Source: Clostridia bacterium (GTDB lineage Bacteria > Actinomycetota > Actinomycetes > Mycobacteriales > Mycobacteriaceae). From it: a DNA stretch of 64,000 nt. Below are positions 1-8,793 of the stretch, piece after piece. Numbering within the stretch: position 1 is the first letter of the stretch; the number at the start of each line of letters is the position of its first letter. The notes under the pieces were generated by a model. The model was not told the origin of the DNA, did not search any database, and worked only from the letters and a program-made list of their open reading frames with translations. The stretch is from NCBI GenBank assembly GCA_963623015.1, contig CAVFKS010000002.1, forward strand, positions 7 through 64,006. Direction: 5' to 3'. The position numbers and the translations under genes were made by a program.

Positions 1-74
1 GCGAAGTCTGTGATTTGCGTGCGCGCCCGGGCGCAGAACTCGCGGGCGAGGATGAGCAGCTCCTCGGCGGTCAT
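1..74 (-). CDS. Partial CDS (N-terminus MTAEELLILAREFCARARTQITDF..., runs off window); possibly a degenerate Fic/Doc-like partner of the adjacent RHH gene
   Basis: ATG at 74 overlaps the stop of the 71..283 ORF (ATGA coupling); only 24 codons visible, so the family call is tentative. Confidence 0.45.
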   Translation of the reverse strand, partial: MTAEELLILAREFCARARTQITDF

Positions 75-283
75 GCCCGTGACCTGCGGATCTCGGCCTC
101 GAGGGCGGCGCGGCCGGGCAGCAGCGCCCGGGCGGTGTCCTGGACTTCGGCATCGCGCAGCGTGCGGGCGGCGGCGGTGACGATGGCGCGTACGGCGGCC
201 TCGTGCTTGGAGGTACCCCCTGCGGCGGCGAGCAGGGTGAGCGCGTGATCCTGATCGGGGGTCAGCCGCAGATTCATAGCCAT
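71..283 (-). CDS. Ribbon-helix-helix (CopG-like) DNA-binding protein / putative antitoxin
   Basis: MAMNLRLTPDQDHALTLLA...SKHEAAVRAI fits the RHH beta-strand plus two-helix pattern; minus-strand -10 TACCAT 7 nt before the ATG. Confidence 0.75.
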   Translation of the reverse strand: MAMNLRLTPDQDHALTLLAAAGGTSKHEAAVRAIVTAAARTLRDAEVQDTARALLPGRAALEAEIRRSRA

Positions 284-291
284 GCGCCAAA

Positions 292-310
292 TGGTACCAG
301 TCTGGTACTA
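292..310. promoter_or_regulatory. Tandem palindromic operator TGGTACCA-N3-TGGTACTA overlapping the RHH gene promoter
   Basis: Two 8-bp palindromic units spaced 11 bp apart; the first covers the -10 of the RHH gene. Confidence 0.55.
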
Positions 311-362
311 CCTACCTTCGCCTACGGCCTGATTTCGACCACAGAGGGTAAGATTTGGGGTT

Positions 363-2918
363 ATGAGTGACCAGACCGGCGATCTTTTCGATCGCATCGA
401 ACCAATTGACATCAATGACGAGATGGAGAAGTCGTATATCGACTACGCCATGTCCGTCATCGTCGGCCGCGCCCTCCCTGAGGTGCGCGACGGCCTCAAG
501 CCCGTGCACCGCCGCATCATCTACGCGATGTTTGATTCCGGCTACCGCCCCGAGCGCGGCTACGTGAAGTCTTCGCGCCCGGTGGCCGACGCCATGGGCC
601 AGTTCCACCCGCACGGCGACGCCGCCCTCTACGACACCCTGGTGCGCCTGGCCCAGCCGTGGAACATGCGCTACCCGCTGGTAGACGGCCAGGGCAACTT
701 CGGCTCCCGCGGCAACGACGGCCCGGCCGCCATGCGTTATACCGAGTGCCGCATGACCCCGCTGGCCATGGAGATGGTCCGCGACATCCGCGAAAACACG
801 GTGGACTTCTCCCCGAACTACGACGGCAAGACTCAGGAGCCGGACATCCTGCCCTCGCGCGTGCCGAACCTGCTGATGAATGGCTCCGCCGGCATCGCGG
901 TGGGCATGGCTACCAATATCCCGCCGCACAACCTGGGCGAGCTGGCAGAGGCCATCTACTGGATTCTCGATCACCCGGACGCCAGCGACGAGGAGGCCCT
1001 CGAGGCCGCCATGAGCTACGTCAAGGGCCCGGATTTCCCGACCGCCGGCCTCATCGTGGGCGACCAGGGCATCAAGGACGCCTACACCACCGGCCGCGGC
1101 TCTATCCGCATGCGCGGCGTGACCGAGATCGAGGAGCGCGGCAACCGTCAGACCATCGTGATTACCGAGCTGCCCTACCAGGTCAACCCGGATAACCTGG
1201 TGGTCAACATCGCAGAGGCGGCCTCCAACGGCAAGATCGCCGGCATCGCCAAGATTGAGGACGAGTCCTCCGACCGCGTGGGCATGCGCATCGTGGTTAC
1301 GCTCAAGCGTGACGCCGTGGCCCGCGTGGTGCTCAACAACCTCTACAAGCACTCCCAGCTGCAGACCTCCTTCGGCGCGAACATGCTCTCCATCGTCGAC
1401 GGCGTGCCGCGCACCCTGCGCCTGGATCAGATGCTGCGCTACTACGTGGAGCACCAGATCGAGGTCATCGTGCGGCGTACCCAGTACCGCCTGGCCGAGG
1501 CCGAGAAGCGCGCCCACATCCTGCGCGGTTTGGTCAAGGCCCTCGACATGCTCGACGAGGTCATCGCGCTCATCCGCCGCAGCCCCACCGTGGACGAGGC
1601 CCGCGAGGGCTTGAAGGCCCTCCTCGACGTCGACGACGTGCAGGCCGATGCTATCCTGGCGATGCAGCTGCGCCGCCTGGCCGCCCTGGAGCGCCAAAAG
1701 ATTGTGGACGAGTTGGCCGCCATCGAGGCCGAGATTGCTGACTACAAGGACATCCTGGCCCGCCCCGAGCGCCAGCGCCAGATCGTCCACGACGAGCTGG
1801 AGGAGATCGTCTCCAAGTACGGAGACGAGCGCCGCACCCAGATCACGGCCGCCTCCGGCGACGTCACGGACGAGGACCTCATCGCCCGCGAGAACGTCGT
1901 GGTCACCATCACCTCCACCGGGTATGCCAAGCGCACCAAGGTCGATGCCTATAAGGCCCAGAAGCGCGGTGGCAAGGGCGTGCGTGGCGCGGAACTCAAG
2001 CAGGACGACATCGTCAAGAACTTCTTCGTCTGCTCCACGCACGACTGGATCCTGTTCTTCACCAACTTCGGCCGTGTCTACCGCCTCAAGGCCTATGAGC
2101 TTCCCGAGGCCGGCCGCACGGCTCGCGGCCAGCACGTGGCCAACCTGCTGGAGTTCCAGCCGGAGGAGCGCATCGCGCAGGTCATCCAGATCCAGTCCTA
2201 CGAGGACGCCCCTTACCTGGTGCTGGCTACCCAGCAGGGCCGCGTGAAGAAGTCGCGCCTGACCGACTACGAGTCCGCGCGCTCGGCGGGCCTTATTGCC
2301 ATCAACCTCAACGAGGGTGACGCCCTCATCGGCGCCCAGCTGGTCTCGGAGGGCGACGACATCCTGCTCGTCTCCGAGCAGGGCCAGGCCATCCGTTTCA
2401 CGGCTGACGATGAGCAGCTGCGCCCGATGGGCCGCGCCACCGCCGGCGTGAAGGGCATGCGCTTCCGCGGCGACGACCAGCTGCTGAGCATGTCCGTGGT
2501 CTCCGACGGCCAGTTCCTGCTGGTGGCCACCTCCGGCGGCTACGGCAAGCGCACCGCCATCGAGGAGTACACGCAGCAGGGCCGCGGCGGCCTGGGCGTG
2601 ATGACCTTCAAGTACACCCCGAAGCGCGGCAAGCTCATTGCCGCCATTGCGGTGGAGGAAGACGACGAGCTGTTCGCGATCACCTCCGCCGGCGGTGTGG
2701 TGCGCACCGAGGTCGACCAGATTCGCCCGTCCTCGCGCGCCACGATGGGCGTGCGCCTGGTGAACCTGGCCGACGATGTCGAGCTGCTGGCCATCGACCG
2801 CAACGTTGAGGACGACGGCGAGGAGAACGCTGAGAAGGTCGCCAAGGGCGAAAAGACCGTGGAGGACATCCAACAGGAGCAGCTCCCGGGTTCTGAGCCG
2901 AAGAGCGATGAGGAGTAG
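363..2918 (+). CDS. gyrA: DNA gyrase subunit A
   Basis: [29 protein letters not shown] catalytic Tyr, GyrA-box QKRGGKG, C-terminal beta-pinwheel repeats. Confidence 0.99.
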   Translation: MSDQTGDLFDRIEPIDINDEMEKSYIDYAMSVIVGRALPEVRDGLKPVHRRIIYAMFDSGYRPERGYVKSSRPVADAMGQFHPHGDAALYDTLVRLAQPWNMRYPLVDGQGNFGSRGNDGPAAMRYTECRMTPLAMEMVRDIRENTVDFSPNYDGKTQEPDILPSRVPNLLMNGSAGIAVGMATNIPPHNLGELAEAIYWILDHPDASDEEALEAAMSYVKGPDFPTAGLIVGDQGIKDAYTTGRGSIRMRGVTEIEERGNRQTIVITELPYQVNPDNLVVNIAEAASNGKIAGIAKIEDESSDRVGMRIVVTLKRDAVARVVLNNLYKHSQLQTSFGANMLSIVDGVPRTLRLDQMLRYYVEHQIEVIVRRTQYRLAEAEKRAHILRGLVKALDMLDEVIALIRRSPTVDEAREGLKALLDVDDVQADAILAMQLRRLAALERQKIVDELAAIEAEIADYKDILARPERQRQIVHDELEEIVSKYGDERRTQITAASGDVTDEDLIARENVVVTITSTGYAKRTKVDAYKAQKRGGKGVRGAELKQDDIVKNFFVCSTHDWILFFTNFGRVYRLKAYELPEAGRTARGQHVANLLEFQPEERIAQVIQIQSYEDAPYLVLATQQGRVKKSRLTDYESARSAGLIAINLNEGDALIGAQLVSEGDDILLVSEQGQAIRFTADDEQLRPMGRATAGVKGMRFRGDDQLLSMSVVSDGQFLLVATSGGYGKRTAIEEYTQQGRGGLGVMTFKYTPKRGKLIAAIAVEEDDELFAITSAGGVVRTEVDQIRPSSRATMGVRLVNLADDVELLAIDRNVEDDGEENAEKVAKGEKTVEDIQQEQLPGSEPKSDEE

Positions 2919-2921
2919 CCG

Positions 2922-3260
2922 ATGGCACGACGAGACGTAACGCTCAAGCGCGTTGCCCCGCTTTCCGCGTTCCGCGTGGGCCTGGCCTTTGCCCTCGTGG
3001 GTCTCGTGGCCTGGCTCCTGGCGGTCTGCCTGGTCTGGTTCGCGCTCGACCAGGTCGGCATCGTCACGCAGGTCAACAGCCTGATGCGCGATGTCGGCGG
3101 CAATTTCGAGCTCAACTTCGGGATCGTGTTGTCCGTCTCCGCCCTGCTGGGGGCCGTGATGGCCATCTTGATGACCATCCTGTGCCCGCTGTTGGCGGCC
3201 ATCTACAACGCCATGGTTGATCTCTTCGGGGGCTTCGTCCTCCGCCTGACCGACTACTAA
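2922..3260 (+). CDS. DUF3566 membrane protein (Rv0007-like)
   Basis: Two TM segments, IYNAMVDLFGG motif, conserved position after gyrA in Actinobacteria. Confidence 0.9.
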   Translation: MARRDVTLKRVAPLSAFRVGLAFALVGLVAWLLAVCLVWFALDQVGIVTQVNSLMRDVGGNFELNFGIVLSVSALLGAVMAILMTILCPLLAAIYNAMVDLFGGFVLRLTDY

Positions 3261-3349
3261 GATTTTGGTCAAAAACCGTATGTGACCATACGATTTGTGT
3301 TCTTTGCGGAACGCTATGTAAAGTAACTACTCGTTCCGCAAATGGACGC

Positions 3350-3426
3350 GGGCCTATAGCTCAGTCGGTTAGAGCGCATCGCTGATAACGATGAGGTCGC
3401 TGGTTCGATTCCAGCTAGGCCCACCA
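3350..3426 (+). tRNA. tRNA-Ile(GAT)
   Basis: GGGCCTA/TAGGCCC acceptor stem, anticodon loop CTGATAA, GGTTCGATTCC T-arm, encoded CCA. Confidence 0.97.
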
Positions 3427-3435
3427 CGGAACAAT

Positions 3436-3508
3436 GGGGCATTAGCTCAATTGGTAGAGCATCTGCTTTGCAAGCAGAAGGTCAGGAGTTCGATTCTCCT
3501 ATGCTCCA
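3436..3508 (+). tRNA. tRNA-Ala(TGC)
   Basis: GGGGCAT/ATGCTCC acceptor with G3:U70, anticodon loop TTTGCAA; CCA not encoded. Confidence 0.97.
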
Positions 3509-3513
3509 CAGCT

Positions 3514-3551
3514 AGCGGCTGTTAACTCGATTAAGAGTTGACCGCCGCTTT
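3514..3551 (+). terminator. Intrinsic terminator after tRNA-Ile/Ala
   Basis: AGCGGC..TTAACTC / GAGTTGA..GCCGCT hairpin followed by T residues. Confidence 0.65.
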
Positions 3552-3620
3552 GTGGTTTTCTCTGTCCCTTAAGCCACGATTTCGTTAGCGGGATGTCGAG
3601 GAGTAACCTATCTAGTCATT

Positions 3621-3693
3621 GGGGCATTAGCTCAGTTGGTAGAGCGTTGCGTTCGCAATGCAAAGGTCAGGGGTTCGATTCCCCTATGCTCCA
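3621..3693 (+). tRNA. tRNA-Ala(CGC)
   Basis: GGGGCAT/ATGCTCC acceptor, anticodon arm TTGCG-TTCGCAA-TGCAA, T-arm GGGGTTCGATTCCCC. Confidence 0.95.
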
Positions 3694-3698
3694 CAAAC

Positions 3699-3744
3699 AA
3701 AAAGCCTGCTAGGAGAGTATTCTCCCGGCAGGCTTTTTCTTTTT
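3699..3744. terminator. Bidirectional intrinsic terminator
   Basis: AAAAAGCCTGC...GCAGGCTTTTT hairpin between convergent tRNA-Ala and dioxygenase genes. Confidence 0.8.
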
Positions 3745-3747
3745 CGG

Positions 3748-4617
3748 TTAGTGGACCTCGAAGGAACGGATGTGGTTGCCCAGGCCCTTGCGGGTAAACA
3801 CGGTGCGGGCCGTGCGGGCATCGTCAGCCGCGCCTAGGGTCAGCAGCAGCGGCACGTAGTGATCGGCCGTGGGGTGGGCGATCTGGGCGCCGGGGGCCTT
3901 GTGCAGGTAGTCCACCAGCTCGTCGACGTTGCCGGCGTGGACGTTATTGGCGGCCCACTCGTCGAAGGCGTCCAGGTGGCCGGCGAGGGCCGGGTTGCGG
4001 AAGACAGCGAAGGAGTGCGTCATGTAGCCGGAGCCGATGACCAGGATGCCCTCCTGGCGCAGGGAGCGCAGGCGCGTGCCCAGGTCCAGCAGATCCTGCG
4101 GGTTGAGCGAAGGCATGGAGACCTGGACTACGGGGACATCGCCAGCCGGGTACATGGCCATCAGCGGAATGAATGCGCCGTGGTCCAGGCCGCGGTTGGT
4201 GAACTGGTGGACCGGGCTATGGCCCAGCAGGCCGGCCACGCGCTGCGCCAAGTCGGTGGCGTCGGGGGTCTCATAAGTCAGGGAGTAATACTCCGGATCG
4301 AAGCCCGAGAAGTCGTAGTACAAAGGCGTGCCGGCGGCGGTGCCGTTGATAGCCACCGGGGCGTTTTCCCAGTGGGCGGAGATCACCACGATGGCGCGCG
4401 GCTTCGGCAGCGCCTGGGCCCAGTCATAGAGATCGTTCATCCAGGCGTGGTTGCCCAGGGCCGGCGGGGCGCCGTGGGAGATAAACAGCGAAGGCATGGG
4501 GCCATCGGCAGGCTCCCAGCGGCGCTGCAGGTGGGCGACCGGGATGGCGCGCTCGCGCAGATCGTAGATGGCGCCGGCAGGGCGGGCGGGGTTGAATTCT
4601 TCGGCCAGGGTAGTCAT
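3748..4617 (-). CDS. DODA/LigB-type extradiol ring-cleavage dioxygenase (YgiD-like)
   Basis: SLFISHGAP, VVISAHWE, RGLDHGAFIPL, GSGYMTH, AHPTADHYVPL motifs. Confidence 0.92.
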   Translation of the reverse strand: MTTLAEEFNPARPAGAIYDLRERAIPVAHLQRRWEPADGPMPSLFISHGAPPALGNHAWMNDLYDWAQALPKPRAIVVISAHWENAPVAINGTAAGTPLYYDFSGFDPEYYSLTYETPDATDLAQRVAGLLGHSPVHQFTNRGLDHGAFIPLMAMYPAGDVPVVQVSMPSLNPQDLLDLGTRLRSLRQEGILVIGSGYMTHSFAVFRNPALAGHLDAFDEWAANNVHAGNVDELVDYLHKAPGAQIAHPTADHYVPLLLTLGAADDARTARTVFTRKGLGNHIRSFEVH

Positions 4618-4657
4618 GGGAAATCCTTTACTTTGTTGTTTTCCTCACCCTACCCCA

Positions 4658-4681
4658 GATGACTTCAAGTGTAAAGTCATC
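4658..4681. promoter_or_regulatory. Putative MarR operator GATGACTT-N8-AAGTCATC
   Basis: Perfect 8-bp inverted repeat in the divergent dioxygenase/MarR intergenic region. Confidence 0.6.
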
Positions 4682-4731
4682 GCGCGGGGTTGTTTAAATT
4701 TTAAAGTGCAATTGTGCTAGCTTGAATATTT

Positions 4732-5202
4732 ATGAATGCGCAGGCAGAACCCAACTGGCTCGACGAGGAAGAACTCGCGGCCTTCACCTCCTTGATGCAC
4801 GTTAACCTGCAGCTCATCAACAAGCTCGACCGCCAGCTCCGCCGCGATTCCGGCATGAGCTTCTACGATTACTCGGTCATCTCTAGGCTCTCCGAGGCCC
4901 CGGATCGCACCATGCGCATGAGCGAGCTCGGCCACGTCACCGGCGGCTCGCTGTCCCGGCTGTCCCAGGTGGTCAGCCGCCTAGAGAAGAACGGCTGGGT
5001 GGTGCGCCGCCCTGACCGCGAGGACGGGCGCTTTACCGTGGCCACGCTGACCGAGGAAGGCTGGCAGACGGTGCTCTCTGCCGTGGGCGGCCACGTCGCG
5101 GCGGCTCGTCGGATTATCATCGACCGTTTGACGCGGACGCAGATCCGCCAGCTGACTCAGATCAACGAAAAGATCATGGAAGGCATCAGCGCGGAAGATT
5201 AA
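4732..5202 (+). CDS. MarR-family transcriptional regulator
   Basis: MRMSELG...SRLSQVVSRLEKNGWVVRRPDREDGR winged HTH. Confidence 0.93.
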   Translation: MNAQAEPNWLDEEELAAFTSLMHVNLQLINKLDRQLRRDSGMSFYDYSVISRLSEAPDRTMRMSELGHVTGGSLSRLSQVVSRLEKNGWVVRRPDREDGRFTVATLTEEGWQTVLSAVGGHVAAARRIIIDRLTRTQIRQLTQINEKIMEGISAED

Positions 5203-5998
5203 CCGCGGTATAGGTCTGGCCCGGAGCCGGCTGCGGAATCATCTGATCCAGGCTCACCGGGTTAAGGCCCTTGGCCCGCAGGCCCGAAATAACGCAGTCC
5301 ACCGCCGCCACCGTGGTGGGGTGGATGTCGTGCATCAACACGATAGAGCCCGCTCGCGCCTGATCCACCGCCGTGCGGCAGGTGGTATCCGGGTTGCGAT
5401 GCTGCCAGTCCAGCGTGTCGACGTCCCAGAGCACCAGGGACTGGCCGGCCGCCCGTGCAGCGTCGGTGACGGTCTGGTTGGTGGCCCCATAAGGCGGGCG
5501 GAGGAAGCGGGGGTTGGCCCCGGCGGTCTCGGCGATGGCGCGGGAGCCCTCGCCGATCTCCCAGCGCACCTGCTCGGCGCTGCGCGTGCGTAGATCTGGG
5601 TGCGAGGAGGTGTGGTTGCCAATCGTGTGCCCGGCCGCGCGCATACGCCGGATGAGGTCCGGGTGGGAGCGCGCACTCGGGGCGAGCACGAAGAAGGTGG
5701 CATCCACGTGGTGGCGGTCGAGGATATCGAGCAGGGCCGCAGTCGAGGCAGCCGGGCCGTCATCGAAGGTCAGGGCCACGCAGTTTGGGCAGCCGGCCGG
5801 GCGCGCAGGGGCGGGCGGGGTACGCGGGGCGAGGTCTTTGAGTGCCGGATGGTTGCGCGCCTGCGGGGGCAGGGCATTCCACAGCGCCTGGTGCGCGGAC
5901 TCTGCCGCGTCGCTGCTGCCGGCCAGGGGTGAGGCGCTGGCCACGGGGGTGCCCAGGGCGACGGTGGCGGCGAGGAGGACGGCGGCAAGGCGGCGCAT
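5186..5998 (-). CDS. Secreted polysaccharide (peptidoglycan) deacetylase, NodB/CE4
   Basis: Signal peptide; TFDDGP, HTSSH, RPPYG, DTLDW, LMHD motifs. Confidence 0.93.
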   Translation of the reverse strand: MRRLAAVLLAATVALGTPVASASPLAGSSDAAESAHQALWNALPPQARNHPALKDLAPRTPPAPARPAGCPNCVALTFDDGPAASTAALLDILDRHHVDATFFVLAPSARSHPDLIRRMRAAGHTIGNHTSSHPDLRTRSAEQVRWEIGEGSRAIAETAGANPRFLRPPYGATNQTVTDAARAAGQSLVLWDVDTLDWQHRNPDTTCRTAVDQARAGSIVLMHDIHPTTVAAVDCVISGLRAKGLNPVSLDQMIPQPAPGQTYTAVNLPR

Positions 5999-6100
5999 GG
6001 AGGGGATTCCTTTCGGGGTCGGTTGCCTCCATTGTCGCCGGTAGATACCTTTGTGCCCTGTGCGACACGTGAAAATTGTTAATTAAAGTGATTCAAGTGA

Positions 6101-6592
6101 TTAGAATCGCTTGACCAGGACGCTGTGGGTGTCGGCGCGCCCGGCGTCCTCGAAGCCCACGTGGAGGTAGAGCTTGTGCGCGCGGGGGTTATCGTCCTCG
6201 ACGGACAGGGAGATGCCCGGGGCGCCGAGGGTGCGGGCCAGCTCCGTGGCGGCATCGAGCAACTTGGTGCCGATGCCATGGCCCTTGTAGCGGGCCTCCA
6301 CCGCGATGGCAAGCTCCGGGATGGCCTCCTCTACGAAGCCATAGCCGTGGAGATCCTGCGTGCCCCAGTTGAGCCACACGCCACCGGCCGGGATATTGCC
6401 CTTCCAGGCGATGAAACCGCCGTTGTCGGGGCGCCACTGGTCAAGGTAGAACTCGTAGTCGGCGTCGAAGTCCTCGCAGGGCGTGCCGAACTCGTCGCCG
6501 AAAGTGTCGGTGAGGAAGTTCAGCCGTGCGATATAGGTGCGGTCAGATTCGGTGGTGGGGCGCAGTTGCAGTTCTTCGTTCATGCGCGCCAT
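6101..6592 (-). CDS. GNAT-family N-acetyltransferase
   Basis: AVEARYKGHGIG motif A; NPRAHKLYLHVGF motif B. Confidence 0.88.
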   Translation of the reverse strand: MARMNEELQLRPTTESDRTYIARLNFLTDTFGDEFGTPCEDFDADYEFYLDQWRPDNGGFIAWKGNIPAGGVWLNWGTQDLHGYGFVEEAIPELAIAVEARYKGHGIGTKLLDAATELARTLGAPGISLSVEDDNPRAHKLYLHVGFEDAGRADTHSVLVKRF

Positions 6593-6612
6593 CCTAGACG
6601 CCGCCTGCTGGG

Positions 6613-6816
6613 CTAGGCCAAGTAGTAGTTGGCTACGTCGGCGCCGTTGAACTCGCGCAACTCGCCGTTGACGTCCGGGGAACGGAAAAGAGAGGCGTCA
6701 TCGATGGCATCGCGCAGTAGGTCCACCCGGTTTAAGGGATCGCCCATGATGGCGCCGGCACGGAAGTAGTACACGGAGCCGTCGCGAAGCTTGACGGTGA
6801 GATCCTCGATTGCCAC
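6613..6816 (-). CDS. Small hypothetical protein
   Basis: 67-aa ORF, GTG start with GGAGG RBS, same orientation as flanking genes. Confidence 0.65.
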   Translation of the reverse strand: MAIEDLTVKLRDGSVYYFRAGAIMGDPLNRVDLLRDAIDDASLFRSPDVNGELREFNGADVANYYLA

Positions 6817-6938
6817 AGAATTAACCTCCAGTTAGCCAAGAATGGAATTGCTCTATAACAACACCAAACGGTCCCCCGGGCAATGAAATGAGACGCAGGC
6901 AACACGCCTATATGCCCGGAATGGGGGAGGAGGCGGGG

Positions 6939-7625
6939 CTAGTCCTCGTCGCGGTGCTTGGCCAGCTGCTCGTCTAAGGAGTCCAGCAGCTCCTCATCGC
7001 GCTCGGTCACGCCCTCTTCCGGGGTGGACTCGCTGGTGGAGGTGTAGACGAGGGTGGAGCTTTCCGGGTTGCTGCCGCTGAAGTTCTCCACGCGCGGCGG
7101 GTTCTCGGACGGGGTCTCCTTGACGAAGACGTTGCGCACCAGGTAGAACGCCACGCCGCCGAGGGCCAGCAGGAGGGCGAGAACGCGGAAGATGGGCCAG
7201 AACTTGCCCTTGTCCTGCTTGCGGGCCAGGGCCTTAGCCTGCTTTTGGGCGGCCTTGCGGGACTTCTTGGCCTCCTTGCGGGCGGACTTGACCTGCTTCT
7301 TGCCGGCCTTCTTGGCCTGCTTGACGGTGCGGGCGGCCTCCTTGCGGGCGGCGGCGACGCGGTCTACTAGACCTTCCTTGGCTTCCTCACCGCGCTCGGA
7401 GAGGTCGGCCAGTGCGCGCTCCAGGCGGGCGTGGGCGGCCTTGGTGACCTCGCCGGCCTCGCGGCGGGCCTGAGGCAGCAGGTCCTCGGCGTCGTCCTGG
7501 ACGGTGTGGGCGGCATCGGCCAGCGAGGAGTAGGCGGCGCGGGCCTTCTCCTGGCGGGAGTCATCCAGCTTCTCCCAGAGGGAACGGGCGACCTTGTAGG
7601 CCACATTGACGGTTGCGAGGTTCAT
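6939..7625 (-). CDS. Membrane-anchored coiled-coil protein with Lys/Ala-rich segment (position resembles cwsA/Rv0008c)
   Basis: Start MNLATV after AAAGGAG RBS; helical N-terminus, single TM, acidic C-terminus; orthology not verified. Confidence 0.65.
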   Translation of the reverse strand: MNLATVNVAYKVARSLWEKLDDSRQEKARAAYSSLADAAHTVQDDAEDLLPQARREAGEVTKAAHARLERALADLSERGEEAKEGLVDRVAAARKEAARTVKQAKKAGKKQVKSARKEAKKSRKAAQKQAKALARKQDKGKFWPIFRVLALLLALGGVAFYLVRNVFVKETPSENPPRVENFSGSNPESSTLVYTSTSESTPEEGVTERDEELLDSLDEQLAKHRDED

Positions 7626-7716
7626 CGCTTCTCCTTTGCGTGTTAACTCTTTTGTTCCCAGCGTACTTGGGGCAAGGGGGTGCCCGCCGCAAGAAACTGC
7701 CCTAATCCTCGCGGAG

Positions 7717-7732
7717 TAGACCGCTTGGTATA
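7717..7732. promoter_or_regulatory. McbR-like box TAGAC-N6-GTATA
   Basis: One mismatch to TAGAC-N6-GTCTA, upstream of metF-metE. Confidence 0.7.
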
Positions 7733-7827
7733 GAAGTGGGCGTTTTAAATTCTTGCGCAGGCGCCTCATCTGCGCAGCTGCGCGACTTTTAAAGGTATTA
7801 CCTTTGCTCTCGGCCTAGCCAAATTTC

Positions 7828-7843
7828 TAGACAGCTTGGTACA
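7828..7843. promoter_or_regulatory. Second McbR-like box TAGAC-N6-GTACA
   Basis: TAGACAGCTTGGTACA, nearly identical to the 7717 site. Confidence 0.6.
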
Positions 7844-7884
7844 TTTTTGGTCACAACAACCCCCTGACCAGGAAGGAGGCCGCC

Positions 7885-8793
7885 ATGACCCCGCGCCTAT
7901 CCGCGTCCGCGCCGCTCGACGAATGGGAAGACATAGCCCCGCCGGCGCCCGCGCGCACGGCGCTGTCTTTCGAGGTGATCCCGCCCCGCGACTTCACCGA
8001 CAGCACCAAGATCGACGCCCTGCTGGCGCGGCTGGAGTCCTATAACCCCGACTACATCGCCGTGACCAGCTCTCAGCGCTCTGGCTGGTTGGACGGCACC
8101 GCCGAGTTCATCCGCCGCATCGACCAGCAGACCAGCATGCGCCCCCTGGCGCACCTGGCGTGCACCGCCGGGCCGCGCGAGGTGCTGGGGGAGTGGATCG
8201 ACCGGCTCGTCGATGCCGGCGTCCGCGGCCTGCTGGCCCTGCGCGGGGATCTCCCGGAAGGCGGGATGCCGGAAGGCTACCTGCCGCACGCCACTGACCT
8301 CATGGCGCTCATCCGCGAGCGCGAGGCTAGCCAGGCGCCGCGGTTTGCGGCCGGGCGGCTAGCGGTGGGCGTGGCCTGCTATCCCGGCGGGCACGCGGAG
8401 TCCCGCAGCTTCGACGAGGACATCGACGTGCTCCTGGCCAAGCAACGCCTGGGCGCGGACCTGGCGATAACCCAGCTCTTCTTCGACGCCGAGGAGTACC
8501 ACCGCTTCGTCGAGCGCGCCCGGCTGGCCGGGGTGCGCATCCCGCTCATCCCCGGCATCATGCCGCTGACCACGCCGGCCAAGCTTGAGCGCATGGCCCA
8601 GCTCTCCGGCCTCCCGGTGCCGGAGAGTCTCCGCCGGCGCCTAGCGGATGACCCGGGCAGCGGCATCGAGATCACCGCCGAGCTGGCCCGGTCCTGCCTC
8701 GACGGCGGGGCGGGTGCCCTGCACATCTATACCCACAACGACGCACTTATCACGCAAGAACTACTAGACAGAATTGGAATCTCTCATGACTAA
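7885..8793 (+). CDS. metF: 5,10-methylenetetrahydrofolate reductase
   Basis: LSFEVIPP, AHLAC, LALRGD, AITQLFFD, PGIMP, HIYTHN motifs. Confidence 0.93.
   Translation: MTPRLSASAPLDEWEDIAPPAPARTALSFEVIPPRDFTDSTKIDALLARLESYNPDYIAVTSSQRSGWLDGTAEFIRRIDQQTSMRPLAHLACTAGPREVLGEWIDRLVDAGVRGLLALRGDLPEGGMPEGYLPHATDLMALIREREASQAPRFAAGRLAVGVACYPGGHAESRSFDEDIDVLLAKQRLGADLAITQLFFDAEEYHRFVERARLAGVRIPLIPGIMPLTTPAKLERMAQLSGLPVPESLRRRLADDPGSGIEITAELARSCLDGGAGALHIYTHNDALITQELLDRIGISHD

Noticed and set aside
312..3272. 986-aa ORF antisense to gyrA, and similar long antisense ORFs over metE, crtI, DUF885 and others
   Set aside because: Shadow ORFs expected from high GC3 codon bias; no motifs, and they fully overlap well-supported genes
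6061..6076. Possible parS site TGCGACACGTGAAAAT
   Set aside because: Only 11/16 match to TGTTTCACGTGAAACA and the palindrome is broken
7630..7884. SAM or cobalamin riboswitch upstream of metF-metE
   Set aside because: No recognisable riboswitch core; McbR-like boxes explain the regulation
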